From positions 128,001 through 192,000 of the forward strand of contig CAVRCF010000001.1 of NCBI GenBank assembly GCA_963719505.1: a DNA stretch of 64,000 nucleotides. The letters are read 5' to 3'. A program made the translations under genes and the position numbers. Shown here piece by piece: positions 30,101-38,503 of the stretch. Each line of letters starts with the position of its first letter. The stretch's first letter is position 1. The notes below the pieces were generated by a model that was not told where the DNA came from, did no database searches, and saw nothing but the letters and a program-made list of their open reading frames with translations. This stretch comes from Halobacteriovoraceae bacterium. GTDB lineage: Bacteria > Bdellovibrionota > Bacteriovoracia > Bacteriovoracales > Bacteriovoracaceae.

Positions 30101-30796
30101 TCCGTGATGCTTGATTCTGTCTCTTAAGCGCTTAGCCTTTTCAGCTTTTTCAGCTTGCTTCTCAAGAGATTTCAAATTTTTATAAATCTCTGCTTGAAGA
30201 TCACTTAATCTATTGAGGTTCTGTGAGGTTTGTTCAATTTTTTTAAGAGAGTCACGTTTTCTAATTTTGAATTTTGTAATTCCCGCAACTTCTTCAATCA
30301 TCGTTCTTCTCTCTTCAGGTTTTGCCTGAACGAGACGATTGATTTCACCTTGAGCTATAATTGAGTAAGACTTTGCACCAGCCCCTGTATCCATAAACAC
30401 TTCGTGAATATCTTTAAGTCTAGCTGGAAGCCCATTGATTCTATATTCAGTCTCACCATTTCGGTAAAGCTTTCTTGTGAGTGCAATTTCACTTGGTTTT
30501 GTGACTTGGTTTCCAATATGGATGTGCTTGCCAGTGTTGTTCTCTAAAACAAGAGTCACTTCAGCAAAGGAGCCCGGTGTATATTTTGATGATCCCGCAA
30601 AGATGAGATCCTTCATCTTGTTTCCACGAAGATGCTTTGCTGATTGCTCTCCCATGACCCAAAATAGAGCATCAACAATATTCGATTTCCCACAACCATT
30701 GGGACCGACGATACCAGTGATGCCATCATCAAATTGAATTGTTGTTTTATCTTTAAAAGATTTAAATCCCTGTAAGTTTAGACGTAGTAATTTCAT
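27110..30796 (-). CDS. smc: Chromosome segregation protein SMC
   Basis: GFKSF, GPNGCGKSN, coiled coils with hinge, MSGGEK, LLDEVDAPLD. Confidence 0.97.
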   Translation of the reverse strand: MKLLRLNLQGFKSFKDKTTIQFDDGITGIVGPNGCGKSNIVDALFWVMGEQSAKHLRGNKMKDLIFAGSSKYTPGSFAEVTLVLENNTGKHIHIGNQVTKPSEIALTRKLYRNGETEYRINGLPARLKDIHEVFMDTGAGAKSYSIIAQGEINRLVQAKPEERRTMIEEVAGITKFKIRKRDSLKKIEQTSQNLNRLSDLQAEIYKNLKSLEKQAEKAEKAKRLRDRIKHHGLIVDSHKEFDFLSDYVNARRTLVSNGTTLEQSELKKEALELALEDERIKKTDLMERIDGLSAEYNEMAKELAASEERLKHLKNTRADKEKHIEARNRENEELTNDISERKERLEELKLKLSDLESQNFEEMDFSSLEEKVEDLKESLNDKNEEITDLGNQLEQVRTEFTEVDQLVFRNTSKLDEYSASLEDIIAEIEEIEKSSANHTDELVNLRSEVATAKEKLFSSEELFEKTKSELATKKSEFKEVDSELRVLSKEVIQLDSKRQSLIDVNKSGVGVKEGALDFIETTGNTSFEILGNLIECEPRYAKALEILFENSFDALISKDGESESLSSWYENNTDKSFDFIQPGQSDVVCTPETAERLKLKGLENVVAIEDILKINNNEFKAKLSQFFNGYYIADNLSPESALRISKDIKFKGLISVDGQVVVTKSLSGVSLSARSEDNQSLGVVQRNNLINELTEEYETKKEKLDALELRFETLSSEIESLQQKYDIELNELGINKTSFASLKSTLDSKESSYGGTSARLDILNNRKNEISKSKLDLLETEEETVNRKDSLSEKLEMLSETFAEAKELGEELRASYEDERSELLELQANAKTFTSQVEGLQSQITDAESQVERYTTKLDTNMELLENYQTEIEQAEEAVMSLEEGNQDKADIMSEKESYLNVVRDELTSLLTGMQERENEVKDLAKTINTVEKSNVELTMKVDQIVIDEEILVKDGFDKYRVDLRETMMKHLELHSDELEGLTNIDSIFFMETEEGQTELEKEVYAFEKRFPAVLRESKEKYKRYKTDLNRLGEINWQAIEDYDRQKLRHDFLRTQEGELKKSLEDLELAIAHIDEKSKSRFKEAFDEVNMRFEKVFPIIFGGGEARLNIVGDIDSTECGIDIIAKPPGKKMQSINLMSGGEKAMTAVSLIFSIFLVKPSPFCLLDEVDAPLDDANVGRFNELLREMSSESQFILITHNKKTMELNDTLYGVTMQEPGVSKAVSVQLH

Positions 30797-30850
30797 ACGA
30801 TCTTGTCCCTCTCATAATGTCTTTTGCGTTGTGTGTGTGACGTTCATTTT

Positions 30851-30887
30851 CCCAATAAAACCTACCGATTGTCTAGGTTTTATCGGG
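30851..30887. terminator. Hairpin between the MerR/B12 regulator gene and smc
   Basis: CCC-A-ATAAAACCTA N9 TAGGTTTTAT-C-GGG. Confidence 0.4.
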
Positions 30888-30940
30888 CAAAAGAGAGACT
30901 TTAACAGATTGAAATAATTGATATTTCTTTGAATTACTTA

Positions 30941-31879
30941 TTAGGACAGAAGAGCTTGAAGCTTTCTATCTAGCTGCGGTAAGTCATCCAGTCGTATAAT
31001 GCCATCTTGCATTAAAGGCTTGGTGAAATGTTGCATTCCCCCAATCCACAGTTCACAGTCAGATTTTAGACCGGAACGAACATTGGTGAAGTATTCCTCT
31101 AAGAATTCCAAGTTTGAATTTTGAAACATCGTACTGACTCCCATGAGCAGGATATCAGCACCTATTTGATTGCTAGCTTCACTAAGAGCATCCCAAGGCA
31201 TATTTGCCCCAAGGTAGATGAATTTAATATTGTAGTTTGCACAAAGAAGGGCTGAGATCAAAATACCAAATTCATGCAACTCTCCCTCTGGTGTTGCCAA
31301 AACAATGGACTTGGTTCGCGCCATCTTTGAACCTATTTGCTTATAAAGAATACTTCCAGAGTGAAACTTTATGATCGCACTCATGGCATGTTCTTGAGCA
31401 ATGGTTAACTCTCCACTATAGACCATCTTTCCCACTTCACCCAAAAGAGGAACCAGAAGCTTTAAAGAGAAGTCCCTTGCATCTAATGATTTTTTAACTT
31501 TTTCCATTTCATGAGAGATAATATCCAGCTTGAATCCGCGCAAAGCCATCAGAAGGTTCTTTAATACTGCACTAACATCAATATCACTTTTTTCCACCGA
31601 AGCTTCAGGGGCTTGTTCACCATACTTTTTAGAGAGTCCCTCAAGAGTCGCAATATCTAACGAAGCGACATCACTAATAGAATTTCCCATTTGAACGAGT
31701 TCAGTTAAAAGCTTTAACTTCTTAATATTTTCCTGAGAGTAAAGCCTTTTTCCTTTTGGATTTCGTCGAGGTACAACAGCGTCATAACGCTTTTCCCAGG
31801 CTCTCAAAGTATGGGAGCTGATGCCTGTTACTTTTGAGACAAATTGAATAGAGAATCCTGTATCTTCCATTGGGGCCAC
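30941..31879 (-). CDS. MerR-family regulator with cobalamin-binding domain (CarH/LitR-like)
   Basis: TLRAWEKRY..P.R....RLYS HTH; EH and PEGELHEFG B12 motif; YLGAN.P. Confidence 0.88.
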   Translation of the reverse strand: MAPMEDTGFSIQFVSKVTGISSHTLRAWEKRYDAVVPRRNPKGKRLYSQENIKKLKLLTELVQMGNSISDVASLDIATLEGLSKKYGEQAPEASVEKSDIDVSAVLKNLLMALRGFKLDIISHEMEKVKKSLDARDFSLKLLVPLLGEVGKMVYSGELTIAQEHAMSAIIKFHSGSILYKQIGSKMARTKSIVLATPEGELHEFGILISALLCANYNIKFIYLGANMPWDALSEASNQIGADILLMGVSTMFQNSNLEFLEEYFTNVRSGLKSDCELWIGGMQHFTKPLMQDGIIRLDDLPQLDRKLQALLS

Positions 31880-31969
31880 TTTTAGTGATTTTTTATATCT
31901 GTTTTGTAGAGTTTATAATAACAAAAATCTAATTTTTTGTCAGTCTAAAAGCTATGTTAAGATGGTGTC

Positions 31970-33310
31970 ATGAAAAACTTTGACTATTTACAACGAAATA
32001 TGAGCTTTGGCTTTGAGCAAACCTTTACCATTCCAAGTTGGTGGACAGATGAGGGCTTTACTGCAACAAGTAATACCCCCTTAAAACGTGAAAAGATGCT
32101 CGAATTAGCACAAAATATTTCCACACTTTTAAAGGGCAACTTTAAAGAGAGTAAAGATATTTGGGACCATATGCAATATGAGACTTTTGATAGCGAGGGA
32201 ACTCCAAGCTTTATCGTTACAATGGATCCTGGCAGCATCGAAGTAAAAACCCAGCCCGTAGTGGCCAAAGATGTGGTCTCCATGATCACCCCTCTTTTTG
32301 AAGCAGCAGCACAAGGTGGACTCGTGCCTTTTAGAAATTGGTGGTACGGAGTTCAAGGTGGTACCGAAGGCGGATGTCACGTTAATATGGGAGGGTTTAG
32401 CGATGAGACAAATCCCTTTTTAAAATTCCCAGACCTCGTTGTTAAGTACTCAGCCTTTATTCATAACCGACCTTATCTTCACTATCCTTTTATGGGATTA
32501 GACGTAGGCCCTGAGGGAAATGCTCAAAGACTTGATGAGAAAAAAGGTTATGACCAAGTCGTAAAAGCTTTTGAAAGCTATGACTCTCATCAAAAGAATG
32601 TTTACGACCATTTTAAAAAGACAAATATCATTACCGACAAATCATCTTACCCTTCTCTTCATAAATTCAAGGATCCTCTTTTTTTAATCGAAGACAGGGC
32701 CGTAGAAGCTTTGAGAAGCCCAGAAGACTTTGAGCTCATTGTCGATCTACGGATGCAAATTTTTAAACAACTTTTAAGTGATTCAAAAGTTGAAAAGCTA
32801 AAAAGTTTTAGTAAGAAACTTCACAAAGAGAAGCTAACTTCTTACTCTTTATGGGCTGATTTTCAAAAGTGGGCCAATAAGATGAAAGTCAATCCTGTTC
32901 CCTATCAAAGATTTTTTGATAGGCAGTTTCCCGTATTAGAACAAGGTGTCGCTCCCACAGGTTTTGGTATTCGAGAAGGAAGAAGGCCCAGAATCATTAA
33001 AGATATAAAGAAAAAAGGAGATACGGTCATAAGTAAAACTGTTGATACTGACTTTAAAAGATTTGAATTTTTTACTTATGGTGATGATTTTTCGAGCGTC
33101 GAGATTATTTTAAATGCAGATGGAATAGAGTATGAATCCGATATTCTCAAGCATGAAGCCCCTCTTGGTTTAAAAGATATAGGTCGTGCTTATTATAAGT
33201 TTGTCGATCTCAAAATAAATAAAGAAAATCCCATCTTAGAAATCAGTCTCAAAAATGATCAACATATCGAGGAGGCAAAGTTTCACCTTCTCGATATGAA
33301 GTGGGTTTAA
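31970..33310 (+). CDS. Putative amidoligase (DUF2126-like, carboxylate-amine ligase fold)
   Basis: FGFEQ, TMDPGSIEV, GGCHVNMGG, IEDRAVE motifs. Confidence 0.6.
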   Translation: MKNFDYLQRNMSFGFEQTFTIPSWWTDEGFTATSNTPLKREKMLELAQNISTLLKGNFKESKDIWDHMQYETFDSEGTPSFIVTMDPGSIEVKTQPVVAKDVVSMITPLFEAAAQGGLVPFRNWWYGVQGGTEGGCHVNMGGFSDETNPFLKFPDLVVKYSAFIHNRPYLHYPFMGLDVGPEGNAQRLDEKKGYDQVVKAFESYDSHQKNVYDHFKKTNIITDKSSYPSLHKFKDPLFLIEDRAVEALRSPEDFELIVDLRMQIFKQLLSDSKVEKLKSFSKKLHKEKLTSYSLWADFQKWANKMKVNPVPYQRFFDRQFPVLEQGVAPTGFGIREGRRPRIIKDIKKKGDTVISKTVDTDFKRFEFFTYGDDFSSVEIILNADGIEYESDILKHEAPLGLKDIGRAYYKFVDLKINKENPILEISLKNDQHIEEAKFHLLDMKWV

Positions 33311-33312
33311 TT

Positions 33313-34815
33313 TTATTTCATTGGATTAATTTTATTAATCTCATCTTTAACTTTAGTTTTTACATCGTCCATTTTTTCAAGGGCTTCCATGGCAACTGGG
33401 CCATACTTATCCGCAAGCCTCATCCAAAGAGGTGAGCCCTCATCAGAACCCATACCCTTTTCAAAGTCTGGTAACTCTCCAGTAGGTCCCCACATGCTCT
33501 CCATAACTTTTTCGACTGACTTTTTAACAAGACCTCTAGCTGGAATCTTGGCCATCATTCCATACATTGCAGCATCACCTGATTTCGCAAGTTCAGGACG
33601 GGCCCTAACATAGTCTACCGTTTCACTTAAATCTTTTATAAAGTCCTCTAAAGAGTCTCTATGATTTGGCATTACAGTCATATGAATTGAAGCTGGTTTT
33701 TGTTGTCTATCAAACCACCAACCTTTTTCTATCATTCTGTCGGCAACGGCTAAAATGCTCATATTTTTATCGGTAGATTTAAAAGCAAGCAAAGTCGCGT
33801 GAGGATTTCCAAGAACTTCTAAGGATTCAATTTCATTTATTTTTGTTTTGAAGTCTTTAGCGACAGAGATTGTTTTCTTTGCATATTCTATATAACCTTC
33901 TTCACCAAGTTTGTTTAAGGTTCCCCATGCCGCGGCGATGGCCCCACCAGGTCTAGTTCCAGGTAAATTAGGAGATGCGTAGATACCACCAGACCAATCA
34001 GTTGTGATAAAAAACTGATGCTTCATATAGTCCATGGACTTATAAAGAATCACTGATGCTCCCTTAGCGGCAAATCCATACTTATGAAGGTCAGCCGAGA
34101 TTGATGTTACACCGGGAATTCTAAAATCCCACAAAGGAATAGGTTCACCTATTTTCTCTAACCAAGGCAACATAAAGCCACCAACACAAGCATCAACATG
34201 AAAAGGAATATTCTTTTTCATCGCATATTCTGCTAACTCTTCAATGGGATCAATAACACCTTGAGGATACTGTGGTGAAGAGCCCATCATCATAATTGTA
34301 TTTATACCAACCGCTTTTTTCATGGCCTTCACATTGGCACGGTAATCATCATCGAGCTTAACAGGGACATACTTTACCCCGAAATACTTACAGGCCTTCT
34401 CAAAAGCAACATGGGCTGATTCGGGACAAACAAGTTCAGGTTTTAGGATCCAAGGTTTTTTCTTTTTCGCGAGTTCTCTTGCGGCTTTCACGGCCATAAG
34501 AATACTTTCCGTTCCACCACTGGTCATTGTACCAACTGACGTCTCACTTCCATGCATAAGAGAGCATGACATTCTGACGACCTCTCTTTCCATTTTCTTG
34601 AGTGATTTAAAAGCCATAGGATTTAAGAAATTTTCCGAGATAAATTTGCCATAAGAATCTTTGAGAAAATCATGATGAGCATCATCCAAAGGATAAGTAA
34701 GGCAAAAAACTCTTCCCGTTTTCCATTTAAAATCATGCTCTTTTATGGCATCCATTTCTTTAAAAATATCGTTGATCTCTCTTCCCTTAGCGGGAATACG
34801 TATCTCATTGCTCAT
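33313..34815 (-). CDS. PLP-dependent sphingosine-1-phosphate lyase-like protein (group II decarboxylase fold)
   Basis: TSGGTESILMA, AHVAFEKA, HVDACVGGF, SISADLHKYGFAAKG, WSGGIYASP...GTRPG, YGM. Confidence 0.85.
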   Translation of the reverse strand: MSNEIRIPAKGREINDIFKEMDAIKEHDFKWKTGRVFCLTYPLDDAHHDFLKDSYGKFISENFLNPMAFKSLKKMEREVVRMSCSLMHGSETSVGTMTSGGTESILMAVKAARELAKKKKPWILKPELVCPESAHVAFEKACKYFGVKYVPVKLDDDYRANVKAMKKAVGINTIMMMGSSPQYPQGVIDPIEELAEYAMKKNIPFHVDACVGGFMLPWLEKIGEPIPLWDFRIPGVTSISADLHKYGFAAKGASVILYKSMDYMKHQFFITTDWSGGIYASPNLPGTRPGGAIAAAWGTLNKLGEEGYIEYAKKTISVAKDFKTKINEIESLEVLGNPHATLLAFKSTDKNMSILAVADRMIEKGWWFDRQQKPASIHMTVMPNHRDSLEDFIKDLSETVDYVRARPELAKSGDAAMYGMMAKIPARGLVKKSVEKVMESMWGPTGELPDFEKGMGSDEGSPLWMRLADKYGPVAMEALEKMDDVKTKVKDEINKINPMK

Positions 34816-34898
34816 GAAAATCTCCTCTAAATTAATTTATTCTTTATTATCTCTTATTTTGTATTTTAAAATAGGCGGAAAACTTGTAAATTAGTCTT

Positions 34899-35927
34899 AT
34901 GACGCTATTAAATAAGTATTTTTTTTCTTTTAAAAAGGACTTAATTGCTTTTACCACGTTTATTCCGTTAACGATCGCTTATTTACTTTGCAATTATTTA
35001 GACAGTGACCTTTTATCAGGTGATATAAAGGGTATTCACTTGGTTATAGGATGGGTTCTTGTCGATGGCTCTCATGTATACTCGAGTTTATTTGTCACTT
35101 ACTTCGATAAAAAAACGAGAACTGAGCTGCCAAAGGCCCTCATTATTCTTCCCCTATTCTTTTTAGTCTCAGCCACATTCTTTTTCTATTTTGGGATGAG
35201 GTCTAGCTATATCTATTTTGTCGCCTATTTAGCTGCGATCCATTTCATTCGACAAGAATATGGCTGGATGAAAATATCGTCATCCTTTGACAAGAATCTC
35301 CCTCGCATTATCAATATCGTCGATAAAGTCACAACTTATACAATGACGATAGCTCCTTTTCTTTGGCTAACAAGAAAGTCAGCATCAGGTTTTTGGTACG
35401 AAGAAGGTGATTCATTTTTAGTTCCCGACGTAATTGCAAACGCAGGGATCTACCTTTTTTGGACGATGGTAAGCCTCTTCCTTATTTTAAATCTCTATCA
35501 CTCATTTAAATCAAAAACTTTTAATCTTTCGAAGTTTTTGGTTTTTCTCAATACGTTTTTTGGATGGTATGTCCCTCTCGTTTATATTGAAACGGGTTGG
35601 ATCAAAGTTCTCTATGCTATTTGTCACCACGGCGTGCCTTATTATTTTATTGTGTTTCACACTGAGAGAATTTCTCAAACCTCAAACTTTTTAAAGAAGC
35701 TTGGACAATTTCGTTATTTATTTTTCTATTTGGCTTGTGCGATCTTTATGTTCTACTTCATCGAACTTCAAGACTCGAGTTTTATCTATAGATCTAGAAA
35801 AGCGTACCCCTTTTTAAATGCATTTCTCTACGCTTTCTTTTTGACGCCACAGTTGGTTCATTTCCTTATCGATGCTTTTATTTGGAAAAAAAGAGTGGGT
35901 CTTGTCAACGCTATTGGTAAATCCTAA
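34899..35927 (+). CDS. Polytopic membrane protein with four His-containing motifs
   Basis: SHVYSS, HFIRQEYG, HHGVPY, HFLIDAFIW. Confidence 0.75.
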   Translation: MTLLNKYFFSFKKDLIAFTTFIPLTIAYLLCNYLDSDLLSGDIKGIHLVIGWVLVDGSHVYSSLFVTYFDKKTRTELPKALIILPLFFLVSATFFFYFGMRSSYIYFVAYLAAIHFIRQEYGWMKISSSFDKNLPRIINIVDKVTTYTMTIAPFLWLTRKSASGFWYEEGDSFLVPDVIANAGIYLFWTMVSLFLILNLYHSFKSKTFNLSKFLVFLNTFFGWYVPLVYIETGWIKVLYAICHHGVPYYFIVFHTERISQTSNFLKKLGQFRYLFFYLACAIFMFYFIELQDSSFIYRSRKAYPFLNAFLYAFFLTPQLVHFLIDAFIWKKRVGLVNAIGKS

Positions 35928-36631
35928 AGCTTACCATTTACATAATTCATTTCGTGATGAGCTGTAAAACCTAAAAGAGAGAAGGCCACGCACAAAACGA
36001 AAAGAATCAAAAGAGAGTTTAAAACTTTATTCTGAGTGAACAGATTCCACTCAAACTTTTTAAAGACAAGAAGCTCCACCAAAAACAATACTAAAAGCGT
36101 TAAAGTAAAAGACTCAATAGGATAAAGACCTAAGAAACTGGCCACTGAGTAGTTTAGGCGATCAATGGGCATAACAAGAGGCATCGTCATGCTTCTCATC
36201 ATCCATGCCCTGTGCAGCTGAATATTTTTGTTCTTGATAAAATAAAAACCTGAAAGAAGACAGATAAGACTATAAATACTTAAAGGATAAACTCCCAGAC
36301 CAAAAGGCGCTTTTGTCTGCAAAGTAAGATTCACAACAAATAAACAAAAGATACAAACGAGCGCACTTACAAAATAAAGGTAGCCGATAGACTTGTGAAC
36401 CTTGAGCCGCTTTTGAGAAAAGGAAGTGAACTGCCAAAACCCTGAAAGGAGCCATAATACACCAGCGGTCACGTGAATAAAAACCAAAGGGTAAGACAGT
36501 TGGTTCGTTTTTAGGTTTCGAGGGACAAAGTTAACATCATAGAGGTGATACTTCCAAGAGCCTATAATAAGTCCTAGAGAAATAAACAACCCAAACAACC
36601 AAATAATTTCTTTTAGTTTTAAAGACTTCAT
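35924..36631 (-). CDS. DUF2306-like membrane protein
   Basis: HV.AG...L..G..QF, HKSIGYLY, HRAWMMRS. Confidence 0.75.
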   Translation of the reverse strand: MKSLKLKEIIWLFGLFISLGLIIGSWKYHLYDVNFVPRNLKTNQLSYPLVFIHVTAGVLWLLSGFWQFTSFSQKRLKVHKSIGYLYFVSALVCIFCLFVVNLTLQTKAPFGLGVYPLSIYSLICLLSGFYFIKNKNIQLHRAWMMRSMTMPLVMPIDRLNYSVASFLGLYPIESFTLTLLVLFLVELLVFKKFEWNLFTQNKVLNSLLILFVLCVAFSLLGFTAHHEMNYVNGKL

Positions 36632-36798
36632 TTTCTCACTCTTGTTGTCACGACGAGTATAAATCCGCCAAGGACAAGCGAGATAACGATGAGAGCTTGC
36701 ACTCCACTAGAGAGGGAGTAAAGATTGAGACCTCTATTAAAAATTAGTTCTAAGACTAAAAATATAAGAATGCTTTTTACGAAATCAAATTTTGTCAT
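36628..36798 (-). CDS. Small two-TM membrane protein (56 aa), absent from the ORF track
   Basis: MTKFDFVKSILIFLVLELIFNRGLNLYSLSSGVQALIVISLVLGGFILVVTTRVRK; stop overlaps the next ATG (ATGA). Confidence 0.6.
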   Translation of the reverse strand: MTKFDFVKSILIFLVLELIFNRGLNLYSLSSGVQALIVISLVLGGFILVVTTRVRK

Positions 36799-36831
36799 TA
36801 TATCTATCTTAAGATATCAGCAAATGAAAAG

Positions 36832-37251
36832 TCACTTTATTTGAAAAGCTTCAACTTGGATGACATCTGTCATGTAATTTCCGCCGTTTTTAAAGACCAT
36901 TTCCTGCTTTATAACCCCGTCAAAACTGAGATTATATTTATTATGGCAGCCGCCACTTTGAAAACTTTGATACTGACTATTACCATTATAAATTGTTTGA
37001 ATTGTATTTTTGAACGATTGAGAAGAGTTGTCACTCATCTCGTATGATTTACCATTGTAATTGATGTAGACGATACTTCCACCATAGCAGCCACCATTAA
37101 CGTCAGCCACATCTAGCACTGCTTGATATGAGTAAGTGGACTGGCCAAGAAAACTGTCATCATCAGTACCTGAAGCCTGACTTTGGCTCTCCATATTTCC
37201 ACAACCAATAAAGATAAATAAACAAGTCACTAAAAGATATTTCATTTTCAT
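36832..37251 (-). CDS. Lipoprotein, hypothetical
   Basis: Lipobox FIGC; GAGGAG SD. Confidence 0.7.
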   Translation of the reverse strand: MKMKYLLVTCLFIFIGCGNMESQSQASGTDDDSFLGQSTYSYQAVLDVADVNGGCYGGSIVYINYNGKSYEMSDNSSQSFKNTIQTIYNGNSQYQSFQSGGCHNKYNLSFDGVIKQEMVFKNGGNYMTDVIQVEAFQIK

Positions 37252-37268
37252 CTCTCCTCAATGGAAGC

Positions 37269-37295
37269 TTATCGCCAAAATTCCAAAAAACTTGA
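37269..37295 (-). promoter_or_regulatory. Sigma28-like promoter
   Basis: TCAA-N15-GGCGATAA upstream of the lipoprotein gene. Confidence 0.5.
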
Positions 37296-37409
37296 GTATA
37301 AAGGCTTGATATAGATTTTTATGGGCATCTAAAAATGAATAGTGGCACCTAAGACACCGAAAATACTAAGTTTGGACTCAAATTTATAGAAATGATGTAT
37401 AATTGAGAG

Positions 37410-37700
37410 ATGAAATGGATTATTGCAAGCCTCCTCTTTTCTTCAGTATCCTCCGCCTGCCCCTTCTCAATGGTAGAACAGGAAGGTCGTTACCTTTTAG
37501 TTCAAAAACGCCTTGGAGAACCTCCTCGCCTTGAAGATGAAGTGGCCAAGCCGCTCAATAGACGTGGACTTCAAGAGGTAAAGGTGAAAGATAAAAAGAC
37601 TGGTGAAGTCAGGGAGTCTCGAGTTCGAGTTATCTATGATTCAGATAATAAAGCTGAAATCGAGAGAATCGTTGAGGGACGTTGCAACGTAAAATACTAA
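37410..37700 (+). CDS. Small secreted hypothetical protein
   Basis: Signal peptide; Cys near both ends of the mature chain. Confidence 0.65.
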   Translation: MKWIIASLLFSSVSSACPFSMVEQEGRYLLVQKRLGEPPRLEDEVAKPLNRRGLQEVKVKDKKTGEVRESRVRVIYDSDNKAEIERIVEGRCNVKY

Positions 37701-37790
37701 TTCACATCCACACGAAATTTATAATATTTTTCTTAAATCTTTTAGCTTTAAACTTGAAAAATTAAATTCGACCAATCGTTGTATAAAAAG

Positions 37791-37867
<77 letters not shown>

Positions 37868-37943
37868 ATAATTTTTCATGAGGGTAATTTTTAAATAATT
37901 CTACCCTGTTTTGGCAATAGTTTATTTACTTAAAGTCTTGAAA

Positions 37944-38501
37944 TTAATTAGCCTCCGCACAAGCTTTTGCGCGATGCGAGTTAGTCATTTTCCATTCCCT
38001 CTCCTCGGCTAAAGACTTTCCTGATCGACCTGTAGGTAAAAAGATGGGATCATAACCAAAACCTTTGTCTCCCTTAAGCTCAGTCCCAATCTCTCCGTGA
38101 ACTCTGCCTTCGAAAAAGTAAATCTCACTTGGAGACTTATAAAAGCACAAGTAACAAACAAAATAGGCTGACCTATCTTCCTTATCGGCTCAGAATCTCT
38201 ATTAGTTTTTTGCACTTGTCTGCATAATCAGGAAGCTCTGGTGCAAACCTTGCGGAATAAATCCCCAAAAGGTCGGGCAGAGCATGTAACCACAAGACCT
38301 GAATCATCCGCCACCGCCGGTTTTCCAAACTTATTATAATAAGCTTCTGCCTTTAGTTGGGCATTTGCTCGAAAGCTATCTCCATCTTCGATGACTTCTA
38401 ATTTCGTGTCCGGTGCCACTATTTTTACATCACTATTTTTTAAGAGCTCGATTGAGTTCCTCTACTTTGTGTGGATTTGATGAGGCTAAGATAAATTCCA
38501 T
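37944..38501 (-). CDS. rdgB: Non-canonical purine NTP pyrophosphatase RdgB/HAM1, frameshifted in this assembly
   Basis: ASSNPHK, E.GDSF..NA..KA, ADDSGL, GFGYDPIF and SHR lie in different frames joined by at least three +1 shifts. Confidence 0.85.
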
Positions 38502-38503
38502 TG

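Noticed and set aside
34899..37790. Genomic island integrated at tRNA-Pro
   Set aside because: No integrase and no duplicated tRNA 3' end seen; only hypothetical genes
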